The position numbers and the translations under genes are program-made. Of a DNA stretch of 64,000 bases, positions 45,436 through 54,600 are shown one piece after another; positions within the stretch are counted from its first letter, which is position 1; each line of letters starts with the position of its first letter. The notes under the pieces are model-generated. The model was not told the DNA's origin, searched no databases, and was given only the letters and a program-made list of their open reading frames with translations. The stretch covers positions 370,689 through 434,688 of IMG/VR virus record IMGVR_UViG_3300038463_000730, one strand, 5' to 3'.

Positions 45436-45790
45436 TGTCTTTTCCCCAGATCCACCCTAGAGAGAAAACAATCCGAGTTCCCTCGGTAACTTCCGTGACA
45501 CGGTGCGGGTTGATGTCAGGTCGGAAGATATGTAGACGTCCCCAATCCACGATCGTTTCGCCACAAAGGAAATCCCCACCTTTGCCGCGCCACAATTCAA
45601 AATTCAAACGGTAATGATTACCGAATGGATTTGGGTCACTATGCCATCCAATTGACGATCCCTTCGGGTAGTGAAGAATGTATGAATCGAACCGAATCGG
45701 AATCGGATATATCCATCTCATCAAAGGGAAGATCCGATATCCCGTGCCTTGACGCCCTGGTGTCCAACGGAAAAGTTTGGGTAGCTTCAT
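45413..45790 (-). CDS. Minimal 2OG-Fe(II) oxygenase
   Basis: YPKG..IGWHSD, HRVT, TRIVFS. Confidence 0.8.
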   Translation of the reverse strand: MKLPKLFRWTPGRQGTGYRIFPLMRWIYPIPIRFDSYILHYPKGSSIGWHSDPNPFGNHYRLNFELWRGKGGDFLCGETIVDWGRLHIFRPDINPHRVTEVTEGTRIVFSLGWIWGKDNAQAVPV

Positions 45791-45851
45791 GAAATCCTTT
45801 GTAGGATCTGGTCTCGATCGGAGCCAGTCTAAAACAGTGGAGAAGCTACCT

Positions 45852-45912
45852 TGACGATATCGTCAGTCTGAGAGGGGGATATTAGGGGGAGGGATTAGTG
45901 ATCTTAAGATCA
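45852..45912. promoter_or_regulatory. Pair of TGA-N8-TCA palindromes flanking a G-rich tract
   Basis: TGACGATATCGTCA (45852-45865) and TGATCTTAAGATCA (45899-45912). Confidence 0.4.
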
Positions 45913-45930
45913 GAGATCTACTGTGTTAAC

Positions 45931-46164
45931 TTAAGGGTCAGAGAGAAACTTCTGAAGCGCAGGACTTTTTACCTTGAGAGGATCTCCGGGTACTCTCTTT
46001 GTCAGAAACGAAACGGCCTCCAACATAAGATCCTGGTTATCAGTTTTTCGCTTCTCTCCACCACCAGCTGGAACGCTGGGAGAATAAGAAACAGCGCAAT
46101 CCAGACAGCGAAGGTGTTCATTCAGAAACCTCGGTTTCATGCAACCGTGACAAGCCATTATCAT
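45931..46164 (-). CDS. Small CxxC..CxxC protein
   Basis: CHGC..CLDC. Confidence 0.5.
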   Translation of the reverse strand: MIMACHGCMKPRFLNEHLRCLDCAVSYSPSVPAGGGEKRKTDNQDLMLEAVSFLTKRVPGDPLKVKSPALQKFLSDP

Positions 46165-46469
46165 TTAGAGTCTTCCTTTAATAGGTCCTGAACCCAAGCC
46201 AGCATCAGTTCGTTGAGTTCTTTTTGAATGTCTGGTGATTCGAATGTTTCGTTGTATTCAACGAATTTCACGTCGCATCTACCGGTGATGATATCGAGTG
46301 ATTCGACATTCCAGCCTTTCACACTCATGTCAAAGAGGACGCTGAACTCTCTACCTTTGAACCTGGCGGATAAGAACGAAAGGCAATTGTCTAGCACTTC
46401 TCCTGGTAATTTTCTACGACGGGACATGTTCGGTCCCCTCGCTTGGTTGAGGCTCGGGTAGATACTCAA
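46161..46469 (-). CDS. Hypothetical protein
   Basis: ORF. Confidence 0.55.
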   Translation of the reverse strand: MSIYPSLNQARGPNMSRRRKLPGEVLDNCLSFLSARFKGREFSVLFDMSVKGWNVESLDIITGRCDVKFVEYNETFESPDIQKELNELMLAWVQDLLKEDSK

Positions 46470-46854
46470 AGTCTACCCCGACGACCGGGTCCATTTTGAA
46501 ACAAAGGATTTCGTCTTTGACCAAAGCTACGGCGTTGTTAAACAATCTCATGACCGTATGGTTTGACCCAGCCTTTACGATATTCTGTTTGCCTTTGGTT
46601 GATTTACCCAAAGGAAAATCCTTCAGCAATTGAATGGGGTAATGATGGTACTGCTCCATCTTTGTCCCATCAGGAAGTAGCGGTGCCGGAGTTGCGGGCC
46701 GGAGGTGATTGAAATAGGGAAGCGGTGTTTTCTCCGCCATTCGATTTAGGTTAGGACGCTTAATCCCTTTCGTATGGCTGCCGCTGAATTCCCCAAATGC
46801 CGCTCGTGGTTTGCCCTCAGACGTCCTTTTAACGTTGTTCACGGTTCCCTCCAC
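46414..46854 (-). CDS. Hypothetical protein
   Basis: ORF. Confidence 0.55.
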   Translation of the reverse strand: MEGTVNNVKRTSEGKPRAAFGEFSGSHTKGIKRPNLNRMAEKTPLPYFNHLRPATPAPLLPDGTKMEQYHHYPIQLLKDFPLGKSTKGKQNIVKAGSNHTVMRLFNNAVALVKDEILCFKMDPVVGVDFEYLPEPQPSEGTEHVPS

Positions 46855-47057
46855 CCTGTAAGGTTCGGCTTACCGTACCGTTGTCGTAGAAGCTTTTCAA
46901 GTGATTCTTGACAAGCCGGAGAACAATAGAGCCATCTGCGCAGAACTGGTTTACCACAAGCTGTGCATTCAAAATCCTCGTTCGAATCCAAGTCCCGCAC
47001 AAAGAATGGGCGAAGAAGCTTAAAAACAATCAAGCGAAATAGAAACCGAGGCATCAA
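46839..47057 (-). CDS. Small zinc-ribbon protein
   Basis: CTACG..YCSPAC. Confidence 0.55.
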   Translation of the reverse strand: MMPRFLFRLIVFKLLRPFFVRDLDSNEDFECTACGKPVLRRWLYCSPACQESLEKLLRQRYGKPNLTGWREP

Positions 47058-47485
47058 ACCAGATGATTCGGAAGGATTGTGAATATCGCAATATTTCTCA
47101 TCTCATTAATTACATCTTGATTATCGTAGTGGTACGATAACGCAATTCCTTTATCCTCAGGTAAGTGTTCTGAAAACTTTAGATCGGCTCCCCAAAGTCT
47201 GGGGCCGTAGACTCGATGTCCTAATTGGTATGTTTCGATATCCTTGGCAAGAACGGTCAAGATTGACAGTTCGTGTTTTGCCGGGAACAAAACATAACAT
47301 GTGACCAGGTCCCATCGATCGACTTGTACCTTCGCCTCTAATATAAGGGTGCGGAGCGATGGCGCGTTGTAACTCTCAGGGAGGTAGTTATTAACTCCGG
47401 TAGGAGCCATTCTGATCCAGTAATCAATTAGTTCGGAAGGCGGTAACCAATACGGAAGTTCTTTTAATGGTGGTATGTCAAGCAT
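47054..47485 (-). CDS. Hypothetical protein
   Basis: ORF. Confidence 0.6.
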   Translation of the reverse strand: MLDIPPLKELPYWLPPSELIDYWIRMAPTGVNNYLPESYNAPSLRTLILEAKVQVDRWDLVTCYVLFPAKHELSILTVLAKDIETYQLGHRVYGPRLWGADLKFSEHLPEDKGIALSYHYDNQDVINEMRNIAIFTILPNHLV

Positions 47486-47537
47486 ACCACGCTATATAAC
47501 GGCTATCTGCCGTGCCGCGCCTACCCTGACAAACTAG

Positions 47538-47879
47538 CTACGTTCCTCGTTTCTTACGAGACATTGGTGCCTTCGTCTCGGCTTCGTTCTCTGGGAACGA
47601 ACTTCGACTCGGCGGTTTCGACTTCCTACTCGGTACCGCGACGGGAGAGACGAGTGAGGTACGATCATCCCGGTTCGGGGCGTCCTCCAACACGGCTTTC
47701 ATAATGTCGATACACAAGCTGAGAAGCCGATCTGCTTCGTGAGAATGGAAGAAACCTAGCTCGCAATAGTCTATGAGATAATTGTAGGCATTAGACTCAT
47801 ACCCAATCATCTTAACATTTTGGACCTTATCAAGGAGCTGATTGACCTCGGGGACTTTGTCTCTGTCTCTCCCGTCCAT
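47538..47879 (-). CDS. Hypothetical protein
   Basis: ORF. Confidence 0.55.
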   Translation of the reverse strand: MDGRDRDKVPEVNQLLDKVQNVKMIGYESNAYNYLIDYCELGFFHSHEADRLLSLCIDIMKAVLEDAPNRDDRTSLVSPVAVPSRKSKPPSRSSFPENEAETKAPMSRKKRGT

Positions 47880-48142
47880 GTTCTCTGCTCCATTGCAATG
47901 TAGTATGTAGTTTTTACAATAGGTTCTGGCTTACACTCTCTGCAACGTCGCTTCAGTTTTCCTTTTAGCGGACCGCCAATTATGGGGCGGGTAATAATTT
48001 CATGAAGGCACGTCAGGCGTTCATACGACACACCATCCTTCTCAAACGTAAGAAGGACATCACGCTCCGGACCAAACTTTACTTCTTGTTCGGCCCGGCG
48101 TCGGATGCGCGACGGTTTTTGGTGGCGACCTTTACCCATCAA
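47807..48142 (-). CDS. Hypothetical protein
   Basis: ORF, C..H..CREC. Confidence 0.5.
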   Translation of the reverse strand: MMGKGRHQKPSRIRRRAEQEVKFGPERDVLLTFEKDGVSYERLTCLHEIITRPIIGGPLKGKLKRRCRECKPEPIVKTTYYIAMEQRTWTGETETKSPRSISSLIRSKMLR

Positions 48143-48325
48143 CTAGTGACGTTTTGGTTTATTCGTCCAGACCTTACGAATGAACACGGTTCGGATTCCC
48201 ATCAGATCGGATGGAAGATGATTCGGAATATGTTCCTCAGCTTGGGCCTGAGTATCCCAGGCATCAGCGAGCCGCTCTTCGCCTTGGCCATCAATCACGA
48301 TGATCTGATGCTGAATGACAACCAT
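48143..48325 (-). CDS. Hypothetical protein
   Basis: ORF. Confidence 0.45.
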   Translation of the reverse strand: MVVIQHQIIVIDGQGEERLADAWDTQAQAEEHIPNHLPSDLMGIRTVFIRKVWTNKPKRH

Positions 48326-48328
48326 GAT

Positions 48329-48709
48329 TCAGGTCCCTTCATCTACCGGGTCTTTGGGAGCCGGAATACCGCAACCTCGTTTGTTCAAATCTTCGAGAAC
48401 GAAGCGCATTGTTTCCTCGGTACGCTGCATCTTCTGCTCGGCCTCGTGAGCCTCTTTGATCGCCAGGTCCCAGTGTTCTTTGCACTTCAGCCTGAAGTGT
48501 TTGAACAGGTTCTCCGTGGCCTCATCGATGTTTTTCCCCTCTGCGGTGAGGAAAATGAACGGACCTCGGGCATCGGCATCACGACTACAATGCACCTGGT
48601 AGACGCCGGATTTGGCGTGGTAACTACTGGTGAATGTATATTTGCCAGGCCATACCTTCTCCGCCAATGCCGGAAGAACCTGGAGAAGTGTTTCGTATTT
48701 TGTGGGCAT
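48329..48709 (-). CDS. Hypothetical protein
   Basis: ORF with SD. Confidence 0.6.
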   Translation of the reverse strand: MPTKYETLLQVLPALAEKVWPGKYTFTSSYHAKSGVYQVHCSRDADARGPFIFLTAEGKNIDEATENLFKHFRLKCKEHWDLAIKEAHEAEQKMQRTEETMRFVLEDLNKRGCGIPAPKDPVDEGT

Positions 48710-48722
48710 GACAACTCCTGCA

Positions 48723-48962
48723 CTAACCTGGTTTGAGATCTGTTTCCTTTTGCGTTCGCAATGCGTTCTCGTGACCGTAGGGAATTCCTTTTTTGCTAGG
48801 ATGTTCCCACGCGATGTCTTTTACGGATTGCGGTGATTCGATCACCACTCCGACATTCTTCTGCCGCCAGCCTGAAGCGAGAAGGTATTCGACCTCGGCC
48901 AGGAACAGCTTGCTAAAGGCAGCGCTCACGGTTTTGTACCTTCCCACGAAATGACTCGGCAT
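48723..48962 (-). CDS. Hypothetical protein
   Basis: ORF. Confidence 0.5.
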   Translation of the reverse strand: MPSHFVGRYKTVSAAFSKLFLAEVEYLLASGWRQKNVGVVIESPQSVKDIAWEHPSKKGIPYGHENALRTQKETDLKPG

Positions 48963-49150
48963 ACGCCTTTCACTTCGGACTTGACTCCGGTGATAAATTG
49001 GTCACCGGATGGATAGTTGAATTGCAACTTGACCATATTACCAATCAATACCCAAACGGTGTCATCGGTATACTCAATGACTTTAGCTTGGAATACTTTT
49101 GATTCAGTCTTGCCCTTCAACTCAACCGAAACTATCTGCCCTTTTTCCAT
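48926..49150 (-). CDS. Small SH3-like hypothetical protein
   Basis: SD GGAGG; MEKGQIVSV. Confidence 0.55.
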   Translation of the reverse strand: MEKGQIVSVELKGKTESKVFQAKVIEYTDDTVWVLIGNMVKLQFNYPSGDQFITGVKSEVKGVCRVISWEGTKP

Positions 49151-49164
49151 GAACCTCCCCTGGT

Positions 49165-49230
49165 AAAAAAAAGGCGCCCCGCTTCGAACCGCAACCTTGG
49201 GGGGAAGGTCTTGCGATTCTAACGGGGCGC
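49165..49230 (-). terminator. Intrinsic terminator-like structure after the tRNA
   Basis: GCGCCCCG...CGGGGCGC followed by T8; branched interior. Confidence 0.65.
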
Positions 49231-49232
49231 TG

Positions 49233-49313
49233 AGCTAGAAGTGGGATTCGAACCCACGAAGGTTTCCCGCCGCTTTACAAAAACGGTCCCGTTGACCACT
49301 TGGGTATTCTAGC
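49233..49313 (-). tRNA. tRNA with Thr(UGU) anticodon on a Tyr-type (type II) body
   Basis: CCGTT-TT-TGT-AA-AGCGG; 3-bp D stem; variable arm GG-GAAA-CC. Confidence 0.75.
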
Positions 49314-49358
49314 GCATTCGAATTGTCGATAGTTTGATTGCTGTTTCCAGCCCTATTT

Positions 49359-49949
49359 ATGAATAGGGCCGAAGCTGGAAGACTTGGTGCAATTGCCTCT
49401 CGACAAACACATAATAAAAAGAAACAGGATCGAATTACCTCCTATCTTGAGAACCCATCGCATTGTAAACAATGCGATGGAATCTTGCCGTATTCACGGC
49501 GGAGTGAAAGTTTCTGTGGTCATTCGTGTGCTGCCACGTATAGCAACACACGACGCGAAAGCCGAGCGAAATTAGTTGTTTGTCCAGGTTGCGGAACTAA
49601 TACCTCCAATCCAAAATTCTGTTCGAATCAATGTCAGCGCGATTTAGAATCAGAACAACGTAGGCAACGCATTCTTGCTGGAGAATCTCTTTCACCCAAA
49701 GTAATGAAAGCTTATCTCATCGAGCAAGCTCACGGTGCCTGCCAGATATGTTCGATTGATTCTTGGCTTGGTAAACCGATCCTTTTGATTCTCGATCATA
49801 TCGACGGTGATTCGAGCAACGGTTCACTCCAAAACCTTCGCGTCATCTGTAGCAATTGCGACGCTCAACTACCGACCTACAAGTCCCGGAACCGTGGTCA
49901 TGGCAGACATGCTCGCAAGATACGCTACGCAGCCGGACAGAGTTACTGA
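49359..49949 (+). mobile_element. Free-standing HNH endonuclease (opposite strand)
   Basis: Zn-ribbon repeats plus LDHIDGDSSN..NLRVICSNCD. Confidence 0.9.
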
Positions 49950-50010
49950 GCTAACTCCTCGATGTCAACTCTTCGGTATCTCTTCCTCTTATGCCTCGTT
50001 GCGAATTTCG

Positions 50011-50184
50011 TGGGTAGCATGGGACTTGAACCCACCCCTTACCAAGAGAATGTCGCTGCCAGCGAACGCGAAGAAGTATCCCGCTTGCGGATTAGTATCT
50101 GGGGAGGTGACCTATGGCAGCAAACGATGGTTGCGACAGCAACACCCTCTCTTAATGGCAAAGCCTTCCAGCTAACGGCTACCC
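50011..50184 (-). ncRNA. 174-nt RNA with tRNA-like ends and tmRNA-like topology
   Basis: GGGTAGC/GCTACCC-A acceptor, T arm GTGGG-TTCAAGT-CCCAT, long helix AAGAGA/TCTCTT enclosing about 90 nt. Confidence 0.7.
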
Positions 50185-50236
50185 GGACGTCCAGAACAGG
50201 GGAACGCTTTCAGCGGGTCCTTTCTGAACTGGTGTG

Positions 50237-50265
50237 ACTCTACCGACCTACAACCAACCGGTCAA
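50237..50265 (-). promoter_or_regulatory. Sigma70-type promoter for the ncRNA
   Basis: TTGACC-17-TAGAGT. Confidence 0.65.
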
Positions 50266-50364
50266 GAACTCTTCGCGAGTTCTTCTGATTTTTCTTTCTG
50301 GCCGAGGGCTAAACCAACTCTTCGTTTCTCCTCATTTTTTCCACAGCCGTTCAAACCGAAACAT

Positions 50365-50982
50365 TCAGAGAGTCGTTTTAGGCTGACGCGAATAAGCCTT
50401 CTGAATCAAAGCCCGCATTTCGGCGCGATGATTTGGCTCCGAGCTTTTGTCGTCGAAGCGGAAAACGTTGGAGTGTTCCGACTTCCCGCCTTTGGCGTAG
50501 TCAGCATTCCACGGTTGAGCCACGGCGATCACGAGTCCCCTCGGGCGAACTCGAAGCCAAGCCTCGAAGTAGTGAGGGAAATCATCCACCAATACTTTGC
50601 CGTACACTAGAGACTTGTCTCCACCGATTGTCAACGGAACATTCGGCAAATGCATATCGACCCACTGTTTCTTTTCCGTGAAAGCCGTGGGAGTTCCCTT
50701 CGGGCCTTTGGTGAGAACATGTAGACCGAACCCGGCTTTCGTTAATTCATCGGCAACTTCGAACCCGGCAGGGATTCGTCCCATGTCACGCCAAAAGCCA
50801 GGGTAAGCTTGGATTAGCTTCCGCCTGGCTTCAATGTGAGGAGGTTCACCTCCCGATTCGTAGCGCCCTGTAAACACCGGTTCTTCCGGCGCACGAAGGC
50901 GATTCATGTGGTAATGCAGAGAACTATCGTAATCTGCAAGCGTACTGTCTAGGTCGATTAGAGCAACTTGATCGGTTTCCAT
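50365..50982 (-). CDS. 5'(3')-deoxyribonucleotidase (HAD, NT5C-like)
   Basis: DLDSTLAD, VLTKGP, EKKQWV, VLVDD. Confidence 0.85.
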   Translation of the reverse strand: METDQVALIDLDSTLADYDSSLHYHMNRLRAPEEPVFTGRYESGGEPPHIEARRKLIQAYPGFWRDMGRIPAGFEVADELTKAGFGLHVLTKGPKGTPTAFTEKKQWVDMHLPNVPLTIGGDKSLVYGKVLVDDFPHYFEAWLRVRPRGLVIAVAQPWNADYAKGGKSEHSNVFRFDDKSSEPNHRAEMRALIQKAYSRQPKTTL

Positions 50983-51015
50983 AAAATGGAAACCTGGCGA
51001 CCTAGACCGTTATCG

Positions 51016-51939
51016 TCATTCTACTTTTGTGATCATTCGGTACTGGGTACCATCCAGTACGAATTCGTCTTTGCGAGCCCGAAGAGCTTTCCTCAAGGTA
51101 CTCTTCGCATCGACGCCGTTCCAATCCGTTTTCACCAATTCCAACGCAATCTCTTCGAAAGACAATGTGCGGTTCAATGCCAAGAATATCTTCCTGACGT
51201 ATGAGATAACCGGAACGGAACGGTTGTTTGTTCCAACCCTAACGCTTTTTGCTTGAGCAATTTGGGATTGAATTTCTTTCACTTCCTTTTGCTTTGCAGC
51301 CAGCTTTTCGTTCAACACTGACAATACCGCAGCTTGACGCTGCTGTAGATCATTGGCCAGGTCGAATGGTTTGGAATTTGAGTTGGACATTTCTACCGTC
51401 TTTACTTGTGAAATCATATCGCCTCTCTCAATAGTATAAGCGCAACCAATCTGTTTGAATACTCCTGGCATCAGGAGCCGTAATGTTTTACTGATGAAAT
51501 CGTCGCGAAGCGTAATCCCACGCTTCTTAAACTCCGTCATCAATTTACTACGGTCCATTGGATAGAATGTCTTCTCCAAGACTTCGTAGCAAATGTGAAG
51601 CACGGCTCTTTGGCGCGTGGGGTGTAGCGAAAGAACAGAGAACGTTTTGATTCCCCAAAGCGCCTGGTTATCGTACAAACTCCCAAAGAAGATCGTTACG
51701 AATCCTCGAAGGGTATTCAATACGATTTGGAATTTGTCCCCGGTTGGTGGGATCCAACCGCATGCTTCGAGATCCCTAACGATGTCGGAGGCGTTCGTCG
51801 GAACACCTCTACGAATGAGAATCTCTACGATCATGTCTTTCAATTCGCAGTCATTCAGGACTCGCGAATCGAATTGTTTGCAGACGACGCACTCTTCGTG
51901 CGGGTGTTTGTAGAGAGCCCGTAACGTGAGCTTATCCAT
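51016..51939 (-). CDS. Protein with repeated winged-helix-like segments
   Basis: Three similar helical units plus a coiled coil. Confidence 0.55.
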   Translation of the reverse strand: MDKLTLRALYKHPHEECVVCKQFDSRVLNDCELKDMIVEILIRRGVPTNASDIVRDLEACGWIPPTGDKFQIVLNTLRGFVTIFFGSLYDNQALWGIKTFSVLSLHPTRQRAVLHICYEVLEKTFYPMDRSKLMTEFKKRGITLRDDFISKTLRLLMPGVFKQIGCAYTIERGDMISQVKTVEMSNSNSKPFDLANDLQQRQAAVLSVLNEKLAAKQKEVKEIQSQIAQAKSVRVGTNNRSVPVISYVRKIFLALNRTLSFEEIALELVKTDWNGVDAKSTLRKALRARKDEFVLDGTQYRMITKVE

Positions 51940-52196
51940 GGTTCGTCTTCAAATTAGAAGTACGTGGACGCTCGTCTCGTCATCTACAGCACTTCCAGCA
52001 CATGACACACGGAGCAACCGAATGTCGGGCCTAGCGCACCGTTCAGGTGAAACGTCATGCGTTTACGCCATGTCGCTTTGAAAGGCCCGAGTTGTAGCTG
52101 GTACCGGCAATAGCATTTCGGATGGAACACGAGGCTCCACGTGATCTCTGCCAGACGCACCGGAATTCGTAGGGGATTGAACATCCAACGAATCTA

Positions 52197-52802
52197 TCAG
52201 GGCTTTTTCTGGCGCGCAAGAAAGGAGCGAACCACGGAAGCGTATGGGAGATCCTTCAAGTCGGTCTCGTCACCATAGCTACCATGCCGGTGTTCATCAC
52301 ACCATACGCGCATAACCGCGTTGTCATATGTTCGTGTCCCTACGGACCCACAATCTGCCGCACACTTTGGAAGATTGTCAACGAGCGTCTTCAGCTCGGT
52401 ACTGTCTAGCTGAATATTCGCGAGGTAGCGTGCCTTGGCTGCTTGCTGTTCCGGCGATCCGTACGTGCAACACCGACGACAACCGGAGCTAGAGAATGAC
52501 TCTATGCACGTACATCGCGGGTGACACGGAGTCGTGTGGAGACACGGACATGGAGAACGTTCGGTTTGTTTGTCTACGCCGTGAATGAACGCATACGCAG
52601 CTCGAACGATCGGTGCTCCAGGTAGATCGGTCCACTTGATACCAGCCGTTGCATGCTCCTCACATGCGTAACGTTTGGCATCAGTAGGCTTCTCGGTAGA
52701 GAATGTCGTGCCTTCATACTTCACTGCTGGCCGGATACACCCGGAGCAATGCGGCACGACCAAGTCAAGGAGCCCGGCAATGATGTACTTGATATGTTTC
52801 AC
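52197..52802 (-). CDS. Cys-rich hypothetical protein with internal repeat
   Basis: CEEHA..DLPGAPIVR and CDEHR..DLPYASVVR. Confidence 0.6.
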   Translation of the reverse strand: MKHIKYIIAGLLDLVVPHCSGCIRPAVKYEGTTFSTEKPTDAKRYACEEHATAGIKWTDLPGAPIVRAAYAFIHGVDKQTERSPCPCLHTTPCHPRCTCIESFSSSGCRRCCTYGSPEQQAAKARYLANIQLDSTELKTLVDNLPKCAADCGSVGTRTYDNAVMRVWCDEHRHGSYGDETDLKDLPYASVVRSFLARQKKP

Positions 52803-53167
52803 GCAATCTCCGGCTTCAGCTCCGAACCACCGATCACGTGCATGTGCATGTGCTTGATCGCTTGGTGAGCATCGGAACCATTGTTCATCACGATTCGGAA
52901 GCCGGTTTTGTCAATGCCGGTTGCTTCGATGTGTTGCTTCATCAGCAGGAACATCATTGGAAGAACGATGTAGTAATGATGCTCAGTTGTTCCGACGAGA
53001 CTATCCTCGTGCGCCCACGGGATGATCAGGAGATGGTGTGGAGCGATCGGATCCTTCGGTTTGATCGCGAAGGCATGATGGTTCTGGTACGGCATCTCCA
53101 CCGGGATTTCCTTCTTCGCAAACTTGCAGAAGAGGCAATCTGGTTTAGAGTTTGTGAGGTTTGACAT
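52799..53167 (-). CDS. HIT-family (HinT-like) hydrolase
   Basis: CLFCK, PIAPHHLLIIP, HMHMHVIGG. Confidence 0.9.
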   Translation of the reverse strand: MSNLTNSKPDCLFCKFAKKEIPVEMPYQNHHAFAIKPKDPIAPHHLLIIPWAHEDSLVGTTEHHYYIVLPMMFLLMKQHIEATGIDKTGFRIVMNNGSDAHQAIKHMHMHVIGGSELKPEIA

Positions 53168-54263
53168 TCGTTAGTTCCTTGTCCGTGCAGCGCCAGAACG
53201 GGTTGACGTAGATCCATCTACGCAGCGCGCTTCCCGGTCCCCACGGTTGATTCCGGTAGAACCCACGCACGAGATGCCGAACCATCGGGCTCGCGCCGTT
53301 ACCGGCAATGTACTCTTTTGCCGCCCGATAGCAATGGACATTCACCGCACTTCCGAACGTGTAGAGATTGCTGAAGACAGGTTTCGGATGACGCTTTCGC
53401 ATCTCCGGTTTCTTCCAGCTGACAACGTGGAGAGGCTTCGTGTGCGCGAAGTTCTCCGGCGATTGCAGCTCGACGATTGCGCAGAGAGCAATGCGCGTGG
53501 CGGCATTGATTGCGACCGTCATCGAATCTTGTTCGGCTTGTGAAATATGACCAGCAAAAGCGGCACCAGCTTCGTCGAGCGAATTACTGTTTCGGATAAT
53601 CTCCTTCATTGTCCCGTAAACAAATCCCTGACGATAGTTCACTGTTTCGAGGAAGATCTGAAACCTAGTTCCAACTTCTTCTTCCCATTGCATCACCATG
53701 GCGCGCTCGATCGTGTCGATGCCATTGGGAGCTTTGTCGTTCTTGATCGTGATCAAGTTTCGCGGAAACTCGACCGTGAACGCATCCCACGGAGCCTTGA
53801 GCGTTTCGGCCTTGTCGGGCGAGATAGAACTAATGATGAATTGCGCGGCCTGGTCCTGGTTCAACTTCACGCGCGGGCACGCAAGCCTGCCCCAAGCGAG
53901 CGTAAATATCTCCAGTTCGATCAACCCTTCTTTGCGTTCACTCTTCAGTTCCTCAAGAGCCAGCTCGTGCTCCGGATCAGCCGTACCATTCGCAACCTTC
54001 TCTTCGAAGTTGGCGACAACATCGCGGAACATTGAATGGACATCGTTTCGAATATCAATGATGCTTTTCCCTTCAACGATCCAACGATCGGAGTAATCCC
54101 GGATGGCTTCGAGCGCGGTGAAGATCATCACCTCGTTCGTTTTGTATCGCTCGGCCATTTTCTGTTTGAAATCCATTGTCGTCTCCCCACGTATGCTTAC
54201 ATGCCAGTATCGTTTATCTGTTGAGGAGGTAGAGTCGGTCCTCTTCTGCTCTGGCATGATCAT
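53145..54263 (-). CDS. Hypothetical protein (paralog of 60335..61384)
   Basis: VRGFYRNQPWGP..WIYVNPFWR. Confidence 0.7.
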   Translation of the reverse strand: MIMPEQKRTDSTSSTDKRYWHVSIRGETTMDFKQKMAERYKTNEVMIFTALEAIRDYSDRWIVEGKSIIDIRNDVHSMFRDVVANFEEKVANGTADPEHELALEELKSERKEGLIELEIFTLAWGRLACPRVKLNQDQAAQFIISSISPDKAETLKAPWDAFTVEFPRNLITIKNDKAPNGIDTIERAMVMQWEEEVGTRFQIFLETVNYRQGFVYGTMKEIIRNSNSLDEAGAAFAGHISQAEQDSMTVAINAATRIALCAIVELQSPENFAHTKPLHVVSWKKPEMRKRHPKPVFSNLYTFGSAVNVHCYRAAKEYIAGNGASPMVRHLVRGFYRNQPWGPGSALRRWIYVNPFWRCTDKELTNVKPHKL

Positions 54264-54600
54264 CTTCCTCGTCGTCTGACACTAGGTCCCACCACTGGCC
54301 CTTCATGAACTGACCGATGAAGTCCTGTACTGGTTGAGGTAGTGCTGTAGCTTTCGGATTGAAGTATCTCGGATCTACGCGCACGATTGCGTCTATTGTC
54401 CAATGACCTTCGAAACCATGGTGCCCATGGCCAAATGGTGTCTGGAGTCCTCGCGGGAAATCAGGAATGGCATCATAGATACCATTCACGATCGGATTAT
54501 ATCGTGTAGATCGAACACCTTTGACACCTTGTTTACGAAGGCTCTCGGCGACCTCAGCTGATGTCTTCCCAAGGGAAGCTAGGTAAGTATCGATCTCCAT
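54214..54600 (-). CDS. Hypothetical protein
   Basis: Start reassigned to ATG 54600. Confidence 0.55.
   Translation of the reverse strand: MEIDTYLASLGKTSAEVAESLRKQGVKGVRSTRYNPIVNGIYDAIPDFPRGLQTPFGHGHHGFEGHWTIDAIVRVDPRYFNPKATALPQPVQDFIGQFMKGQWWDLVSDDEEDDHARAEEDRLYLLNR

Noticed and set aside
45866-45893. G-quadruplex
   Set aside because: Only three closely spaced G-runs are present.
48002-48736. Long plus-strand ORFs (e.g. 48002..48736, 28526..29182, 58327..58956, 55503..56081)
   Set aside because: They are antisense shadows of well-supported minus-strand genes and have no motifs.
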